Assembly (NCBI GenBank): GCA_038245295.1
Contig: JBBRSP010000003.1
Location: 332,354 to 396,353, forward strand
Source of the DNA: Candidatus Binatia bacterium
Lineage (GTDB): Bacteria; Desulfobacterota; Binatia; HRBIN30
Direction: 5' to 3'
DNA: 64,000 nt
A model generated the notes under the pieces. The model searched no databases. It had not been told where the DNA came from and was given only the letters and a program-made list of their open reading frames with translations. A program made the position numbers and the translations under genes. Below are positions 57,473 through 64,000 of this stretch, one piece after another (within the stretch, counting starts at the first letter, position 1; every line of letters begins with the position of its first letter).

Positions 57473-57914
57473 GGTGGTGGGTCCGTTTGCTTCCCAAGGC
57501 TGGGCAACGTCATCCCGGCGAAGGAGACCGTCGTAAAGCCAAAGTGGAGCAACGTCATCCCGGTGAAAACCGGGATCTCCCCTGCTGGAAGCCTCGAAAG
57601 CTGGCGAGATACCGGCTTTCGCCGGTATGATGGAGGTGTTTGCGCAGTTTCGAACGATGAATCAGGGACACACTCGAAAGCCGGGATCTCCTCGAGCGGA
57701 AGGCCAAAAATGTCGGGGAGATTCCGGCTTTCGCCGGTATGACGGGGGTGTTCGCGCTGCTTCAAACGATGAATCAGAGAAAATCGACAGTCTCCTTCGC
57801 CGGAATGATGGAGATGTTTGAATGCTTTCACACGTGCGATCAGAGACAATCGACAGTCTCTTTCGCCGCAATGACGAATCCTCGCTGCCTCGGTTTTCAG
57901 ATAGAACCACTACC
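57473..57914. mobile_element. 442-bp non-autonomous element with IS1-like ends and 8-bp TSD, containing nested GAGAC-ended units and REP hairpins
   Basis: TGCTGAGT|GGTGGTGGGTCCGTTTG...CAGATAGAACCACTACC|TGCTGAGT. Confidence 0.9.
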
Positions 57915-57959
57915 TGCTGAGTTGCGACGCGCTACCCGCCGGGGGTATGTGCCAACGCG

Positions 57960-58163
57960 ATGGAAGCGATTCGGCGCGGCTGCGTGTGGTTGGGGGTCGC
58001 CAGCCTCATCTCTTTCCTCCTGTCGTTGCTGGTACTCACGCTGTTCGTCGAAGCCCCGGCGGTCCTGCGTTGGTTTGCGGCGTCCGGCGCCCTGTGTTTC
58101 CTCGCCTTCGGCGTTGCGGCGCTGACAACATTGCTCGAGCAGCGAGGCAGCAACAGTGATTAG
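57960..58163 (+). CDS. Small two-helix membrane protein
   Basis: Two hydrophobic segments; overlaps the start of the permease. Confidence 0.5.
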   Translation: MEAIRRGCVWLGVASLISFLLSLLVLTLFVEAPAVLRWFAASGALCFLAFGVAALTTLLEQRGSNSD

Positions 58164-59073
58164 GGCGCTGGCGCGCCGCGCCGCGGCCAGTGTCATCGTC
58201 CTCATCGGTGTGGCGACTCTGACGTTCATCGTGGCATTCGTCGTACCGAGCGATCCGGCGCGCGCCGTCGCCGGGCCGAAAGCCGACGCCGCCACAGTCG
58301 CCCAGATTCGCCACGAGCTCGGGCTCGATCGCTCGCTGCCGATCCAATACTTGTCCTACCTCGGACGGCTGGCTCGCGGCGACCTCGGGCGTTCGTACAT
58401 CACACGTGAGCCGGTGGTGCGCGCCATCGCCCAGCGCCTGCCCGCAACCGCGGCTTTGGCGGTGACGAGCATCGCGCTGGCCGCTCTGTTGGGGGCTATC
58501 GCCGGTGTCGGTATCGCGGCGCTGAACGACCAGCGCGCCGACACGGTGCTGTTGCTGCTGTCGATCTTCGGCCTTTCGCTGCCGATCTTCTGGATTGGCA
58601 TTCTGCTGTTGCAGGTGTTCGCCTATCGCTGGCGCCTCCTGCCGCTCGGCGGCTACGGGCTGGCCAATGCCATCCTTCCCGTGACGGCGCTTACCGTACA
58701 CCTTGGTTCATCGTATGCGCGCCTTGCCCATTCCAGCCTGCGTCAGGTGATGGAACAAGACTATGTGCGGACGGCGTTCGCGAAAGGCCTGCCGGCGTGG
58801 CGCGTCTATAGTATCCACGCCGCCCGCAACGGGATGTTGCCGCTGTTGACCCTCATCGGTATCGACTTCGCCGGGCTCATGGGTGGTGTCGTGCTCACCG
58901 AAACCGTTTTCAACTGGCCGGGGCTTGGGCGTCTCGCCGTCGACGCCGTATTCAATCAGGACATTCCTCTGCTGATGGGCACCGTGCTGTTTGCCGCCAT
59001 TTTGGTGGTTGCCAGCAATGCCTGTGTCGACGTGTTGTACGCCTTGGCCGACCCGCGCATTCGACAGGAATGA
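58156..59073 (+). CDS. Peptide/nickel ABC permease (OppB/DppB-like)
   Basis: DPAR, LGLD..L..QY, GDLG.S, DYVRTA.AKGL, ETVFNWPGLG. Confidence 0.95.
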   Translation: MIRALARRAAASVIVLIGVATLTFIVAFVVPSDPARAVAGPKADAATVAQIRHELGLDRSLPIQYLSYLGRLARGDLGRSYITREPVVRAIAQRLPATAALAVTSIALAALLGAIAGVGIAALNDQRADTVLLLLSIFGLSLPIFWIGILLLQVFAYRWRLLPLGGYGLANAILPVTALTVHLGSSYARLAHSSLRQVMEQDYVRTAFAKGLPAWRVYSIHAARNGMLPLLTLIGIDFAGLMGGVVLTETVFNWPGLGRLAVDAVFNQDIPLLMGTVLFAAILVVASNACVDVLYALADPRIRQE

Positions 59074-59900
59074 GCGCCATGAACGACGTCGGCAACCCAT
59101 TTTTGAAAACCGGTCTGATCCTGGTGCTGCTCTTGGCGGCCATCGCCATCCTGGCGCCGTGGATCGCGCCGTACGACGCGGTGGCGCCGGTTGCCGACAG
59201 CTTTGGCGAGCCCTGGCCACCGTCGGCGCAATATCTCTGTGGTACCGACGAGCTCGGACGCGACGTCCTCAGTCGACTGATCTTCGGAACCCAGATCTCG
59301 CTGCTAGTCGCCGTCGTGGCGACGATTCTGACGCTGGTCATCGGTGTCGGCGTCGGCGCGGTTGCCGGCTATCTGGGCGGCCGTGTCGACACGGCCCTGA
59401 TGCGCGCCACCGATGTCGTTCTGGCTTTCCCGGGGCTGCTGCTGGCGATCGCCCTGGCGGCGGTATTGCGGCCGGGCCTGACCTCGATGTTCACGGTGAT
59501 CGCGCTGGTGAGTTGGACCGGCGTGGCGCGTTCGGTGCGCAGCGAAATTCTTTCGCTGCGCGAGCGCGACTACGTCCTTGCCAGCCGAGCTCTGGGCGCA
59601 ACCGACTGGCGCGTCGTCAGTCGCCATCTCATTCCGAACACGATGCCGACGATTTTGACCTTGGCGGCTCTGAGCACATGCGCGACATTGCTGCTCGACG
59701 CCGGCCTGAGTTTTCTCGGTCTTGGTGTTCCCGTACCGACGCCGAGTTGGGGCCGCATGCTGAGTGACAGCCAGAGCTACTATCGCGTCGCTCCGTGGTT
59801 GATGATCTTTCCCGGCCTGGCGATCGTCACCGCGGTGCTGTCCTTCAATCTCCTCGGCTACGGGTTGCTGCGCCTATCCGAGCAGAAGCAGCGTCGATGA
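59070..59900 (+). CDS. Peptide/nickel ABC permease (OppC/DppC-like)
   Basis: GTDELGRDVLSRL, RHLIPN, LSFLGLG..P.PSWG.ML. Confidence 0.95.
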   Translation: MSAMNDVGNPFLKTGLILVLLLAAIAILAPWIAPYDAVAPVADSFGEPWPPSAQYLCGTDELGRDVLSRLIFGTQISLLVAVVATILTLVIGVGVGAVAGYLGGRVDTALMRATDVVLAFPGLLLAIALAAVLRPGLTSMFTVIALVSWTGVARSVRSEILSLRERDYVLASRALGATDWRVVSRHLIPNTMPTILTLAALSTCATLLLDAGLSFLGLGVPVPTPSWGRMLSDSQSYYRVAPWLMIFPGLAIVTAVLSFNLLGYGLLRLSEQKQRR

Positions 59901-61474
59901 ACGGGGAGAGGCTGTTCATCGGATTGCTCCTCGTGCTGTCGATGGGCTGCCATGGCCCAACGGCGCAGGGCAGTGACGACCGCCGATTCTTGCGGGTTGC
60001 CAGCCGTGAGGACGTGCCGAGCCTCGATCCGGCGCGTGGGTACGACACGGTGTCGTGGCAATTTGAGGACATGCTGTTCTCGACCTTGGTCGATTACGAC
60101 TACGACTCGAAACTGGTGAGGGAGCTGGCCCTGAGTTGGACGGCCAGCCCGGATGGTCTCACCTACACCTTCCAATTGCGCCCGGACGTACACTTCAGCA
60201 ACGGTCGTTTGATGACGGCCGCCGACGTTCGCTACGCCATCGAACGCGTGCTGACGCCGGCAAGCAAATCGCCGGGAGCCGAGTTCTACCGCGGCATCGA
60301 AGGCGCGGAGAGTTGTGCCACGGGGCCGTGTCGTGTCGATGGCATCGAAGTGGTCGCCGATGATCAGGTGCGCTTCCATCTGCGCGACAGCGATCCGCTG
60401 TTCTTGCACAAACTCGCCATGCCGTTTGCGGCGCCGGTGCCGCGTGAAGTGGTTGAGCAGTGGGGTGAAGACTTCGGTCGCCACCCGGTGGGAACAGGGC
60501 CGTTCCAGCTCCAGGATTGGCGCGCCGGCCAACGACTCGTCGTCGTTCGCAACCCGCTCTTCTATGACAAGACGCGGCCGCACATCGCAGGGGTCGTGCA
60601 GAGTGTTGGTGTCAACCGCGACCTGGAATGGATGCGCTACGATATCGGCGAGCTCGATCTGAGTGCCATCCCACCCCCCGAGTATCCTTTGGTGGTGCGG
60701 CAGCCGCGTTATCAACCGCTCTTGCGACAGGTCACCACGATGCGGACCCAATACCTGGGGCTCAATTGCAATCGCCCGCCGTTTGATGACGTACGTATCC
60801 GCCGGGCCCTGAACCTGGCCATCGACAAGGATAAACTGCTGCGGCTGGTGAACCGTCGCGGTGTCGCGGCGCGCGGCATCCTGCCGCCGACCATGCCCGG
60901 TTACAACGCCAATCTGCCTGGCTACGAGTACTCGCCGACCAAGGCGCGTGAGATGCTGCGTGAAACCGGATGGCACCAGACCGAGGCTATCGAGTTGTGG
61001 CTGCGCAACGACGAAACGACCGTGCGCTTGGCGCAGGCCCTGCAACAAGATCTGGCGGCGATTGGGTTCGTGGTGCAGCTCAAGCCGGTGGCCTGGGGAC
61101 CATTTCTGGACGCCGTGAAGTCGAACGACCTGGTGCCAATGTTCTTGCTCGGTTGGGAAGCGGACTTCCCCGATCCGAGCAATTTTCTCGACGTATTATT
61201 CCACTCACGCTTCATTGGGACGAACAACAACACGAACTATCGCAGTGCCGAGGTGGATGAGTGGCTCGACCGCGCCGCCCGCATGACCGACGCCAACGAA
61301 CGTCTCGAGCTGCTCGGTCGTGTCGAAGAACGAATTATTGCCGATGCGCCATGGGTGCCGTTGTACCACCCGGTCGATGTCGAGATCATTTCGACGCGCG
61401 TCCACGACTTTCGGCTGCATCCACTGCGCCCGGCACGATTTGACGAACTATCGTTGAGCGATACAGGTTCGTAG
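59897..61474 (+). CDS. ABC substrate-binding lipoprotein (OppA/DppA family 5)
   Basis: Lipobox SMGC, LA.SW..S.DG.TYTF.LR.DV.F, PVGTGPF, GW.ADFPDP. Confidence 0.95.
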   Translation: MNGERLFIGLLLVLSMGCHGPTAQGSDDRRFLRVASREDVPSLDPARGYDTVSWQFEDMLFSTLVDYDYDSKLVRELALSWTASPDGLTYTFQLRPDVHFSNGRLMTAADVRYAIERVLTPASKSPGAEFYRGIEGAESCATGPCRVDGIEVVADDQVRFHLRDSDPLFLHKLAMPFAAPVPREVVEQWGEDFGRHPVGTGPFQLQDWRAGQRLVVVRNPLFYDKTRPHIAGVVQSVGVNRDLEWMRYDIGELDLSAIPPPEYPLVVRQPRYQPLLRQVTTMRTQYLGLNCNRPPFDDVRIRRALNLAIDKDKLLRLVNRRGVAARGILPPTMPGYNANLPGYEYSPTKAREMLRETGWHQTEAIELWLRNDETTVRLAQALQQDLAAIGFVVQLKPVAWGPFLDAVKSNDLVPMFLLGWEADFPDPSNFLDVLFHSRFIGTNNNTNYRSAEVDEWLDRAARMTDANERLELLGRVEERIIADAPWVPLYHPVDVEIISTRVHDFRLHPLRPARFDELSLSDTGS

Positions 61475-61487
61475 CCGCGTGTGACCA

Positions 61488-61630
61488 AAGAAAAACACCC
61501 CCGGCCTGCATCGGGGGGCTACCGATGCAGACCGGGGGCTGTGCTGAAAGGAGGGGGGCGCGCCGATGATCTTGCAGGACCATCGGCGCAGCAGCGGGCG
61601 GAGGGGGGAGTCCGCTAATGCTACTGCTGG
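61488..61630 (-). ncRNA. Candidate small RNA with C-rich anti-SD-like motifs and intrinsic terminator
   Basis: Minus strand: CTCCCCCCTCC, hairpin, CCCCCCTCCTTT, long hairpin followed by TGTTTTTCTTT; no convincing CDS upstream. Confidence 0.55.
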
Positions 61631-61853
61631 GTATCGACGCGGCGATTTGAGGTTCATTCAAGAATTTCGATCGCCTCAAAAGTTTTTCCTGAGTGGTCGG
61701 ATTGGCGCACGTCGGTGAGTCTCCTCGCCAACCCGGCTTTCGCCGCGGATCAGGCGCGGCGGCGGACTTCCACTGCGAAGCATAGATGATCAAACGAGCC
61801 CGTCGCCAACCGGCGCATGCAGCCGCCTGTTCGGCCCGAGAGCAACGCTTCAT

Positions 61854-62210
61854 CCACAGATGAACACAGCCCGGCCGTTGGCCGGAACTAACTCAGGCCA
61901 ACCCAAAAGCCCTCCCTCCGTCATTCCGGCGAAAGCCGGAATCTCCCCCTGCTGGAAGCCTCGAAAGCTGGCGAGACACCGGCTTTCGAGACTGTCGATA
62001 GACAGGGGGCACCCTTCGACGGGCTCAGGGTGAGCGGAAAAACATCTGCACGATCAACACAGCAACCGCTCAGGCTGAGCCCGTCGAAGCCGAGTTTACC
62101 GGTTTATCGACAGACCCTTTCGCCGGTATGATGGATAGATCGGCTCGGCAACACGGATGCAGACCATGGCCGTTGGCAAGCCATCTGTGTTCATCGGTGT
62201 TCATCCTTGG
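61854..62210. repeat. Three-layer nested repeat cluster
   Basis: Outer CAGATGAACACAG/ATCTGTGTTCATC arms; middle CGTCATTCCGGCGAAAGCCGG REP pair; inner MITE. Confidence 0.75.
61988..62117. mobile_element. 130-bp GAGAC-ended MITE, TSD TTTC, carrying a different REP pair
   Basis: CCGGC-TTTC|GAGACTGTCGATAGAC...GTTTATCGACAGACCC|TTTC-GCCGG; cargo CTTCGACGGGCTCAGGGTGAGCGG...CCGCTCAGGCTGAGCCCGTCGAAG. Confidence 0.85.
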
Positions 62211-62521
62211 CAAGGAACGCAAGCTGGTTTCAAGCTCGCCAGATCATTTCGCGCGCCGCGACGACTTCGAACGTAAGTAAGACGAAGCTTCAGCGGCTGT
62301 TCGGGAGCATTGGGCTCACGCGCCGCAGGCTGAAGCCTGCGCCTACCAGACTGCACCCTAGTGCCCCCATTTCGATGCTTAGCGCCGTGTTTTCAGTGCA
62401 GTTGCCGTGCCCGTAAGGCGCGGGTGATTCGCGCAAAAGGTAGCCACCTTCGCACGCGTCCATGGTGCGAGGTCGAGTTACGAGGCCGGGGAATTGGTGA
62501 CGTAGTAGCAACGCTCCGGGG

Positions 62522-63973
62522 GTGGTGTCGGCGACTTGCCGACAGGTGACCGCCTCGGAGTTGCGGACACGCATCGACGTCGACCAGGGCGACCGCCGTC
62601 TCGTCCTCACTTTTCCCGACACCGACGCGATCCTGGCGCCCGACAACGACGACGCGACGCTCTCCGGTCCGGTCGCCATCGGCGTCACGGCCGCGGGTGC
62701 GCCGCTTGCCTGCGGCCTCGCGACCGGTCCCTGCTCCAGCCAGACGGGGCTCATCGCCTGCATCGATTATCTCTACGCCAACGACGGCGCTTGCGGCACC
62801 GCCGCCCCGGACTTCCGTTTCTCGCATTTCACCGCGCTGCCGCCGCCGAACGACTTCCAGGCGGCCTGCTTCCGCGAGGGACCGCCCTGCACGGCTACGG
62901 CGACGTCGGCGCGTGCCGCTGTCGACGCCGCCGGAAACCTCCTCATCCCCATGGGCTGGGGTGGCGTGCTGGTACGCGACGCGAACATTCCGGTGCCGCG
63001 CCTGATCCGTACACAGATGGCATCGCCTTCGGCGATTAGCGTGCCGAGCCAGGTCTTCTTGCACTCGTTCACGCCCGAGGGCGGCCTCCTGCCGCCCATC
63101 CTCGAGCCGCAACTCGACCCTACCGCGGCCGCCCCCAACCTCGTGACGTTCTTCGGCTCGGTCGATGCGCCCTACACCATTATCGAGGTCGCCAACCATC
63201 ACGGCACGTGTGCCGGCGGCGACGAGGCGGGGGCGCGCTGTACGAGTGATCTCGACTGCAAGGGGGGCACCTGCGGCACGTCGTGCGTCGACGCGCCGGC
63301 AACGCCGTGTACGATTGACGCGCAGTGCCCGAGTGGCGCTTGCGGCCGACTGTTCGACTTCTCTCCATTGGTTGCGAGCGGCGGCCCGATGGTGCTGCCG
63401 CGTAGTCAGGCGGGATTTTGCCAACTGCCACCGCACGTGGCGTGCACGCTTCCCGGCGATTGCTCGGGGGTCGGCAACGCGTGTGTGTCCTATGCCTATG
63501 AGGCGACGACGCCGGTACCGTTGGACGGACTGGTGGCTAGTCAACTCACGCGCACGTTCGCGATCAGCGAATCAATCGACGGCGTCGACCGCAACGGCGA
63601 CGGCGACACCAACGACACGGTCATGACCCTGAGCGATCGTGCCAGCGGCGTCGGCGACATCCTCGGTGCACCGTCGAGCTGCGGCCTGGCGGTCGGCCCT
63701 GCGGGGCGCGCCATTATGCGCATCGGCGACGCGCCGTTCCGCTTCCCGGCAGTAGCTGTCGAGAACGACGTCGTAGCCTTCCTCGAGTCGGAGACCGGTC
63801 AGTTGCGTTGCGACGAGAACGGTGACGCCGATGTCAGCGACGGCATCTTGCGCATCTTCCGCCTAGCCCGGACTATTCATGAGGGCCTCGGCGCTCGTCG
63901 AGTGAAGGGGTGGCGATCGTGTAAATGCCAGCGCCGGGCGATTGATCGTCACGAGGGGTCAAATCGACGGTGA
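62522..63973 (+). pseudogene. Fragment of a large Cys-rich secreted protein, probably truncated at both ends
   Basis: Cys-rich C.GG...G..C..D.DC..G.C modules and DRNGDGDTND loops; no signal peptide; composition changes after 63863. Confidence 0.6.
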
Positions 63974-64000
63974 TCAGCTGTCGGATACGGCTCGGTAATC

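Noticed and set aside
57440..57910. ORFs containing PSYRRKP/IPAF/GMT peptides (also near 139, 31025, 45777)
   Set aside because: These are translations of the palindromic repeats, with no RBS or domain support.
57473..57914. CRISPR-like array in the repeat clusters
   Set aside because: Repeats are inverted and nested, the intervening sequences recur between loci rather than being unique spacers, and no cas genes are present.
62356..62520. Possible transposase remnant (minus-strand ERCYYVTN; CTAGTGCCCC)
   Set aside because: Too short and broken to assign.

Overview
High-GC chromosomal window from a Gram-negative bacterium (lpxD, lnt). Secreted proteins with CxGDCNGD dockerin-like tails, an F420-type LLM enzyme and paired CaiB CoA-transferases suggest Candidatus Binatia/Binatota or a related Deltaproteobacteria-like lineage; this is an inference and no search was run. 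Recognisable genes include a giant DUF11/isopeptide-domain adhesin, beta-propeller and metalloprotease secreted proteins, a vWA-PspA-membrane protein operon divergent from an OmpR-type two-component system, a PHA synthase, a DsbA/LolA-like/ABC-2 cluster, cysE, gloB, lpxD, a Gre-family factor, tRNA-Arg(CCT), a Ku/LigD NHEJ locus with an HTH-TPR partner, a sigma54 regulator and an Opp/Dpp-type transporter. Several genes are decayed. The most striking non-coding features are: (i) a family of about 130-220 bp non-autonomous elements (GAGACTGTCG ends, 4-bp TSD) that carry REP hairpins and repeatedly insert into the GAAA loop of those same hairpins, one stack being enclosed by IS1-like ends with a perfect 8-bp TSD; (ii) an islet bounded by a duplication of the tRNA 5' end and leader; (iii) a candidate sRNA with anti-Shine-Dalgarno-like C-rich motifs. 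No CRISPR array, rRNA or intact transposase was seen.
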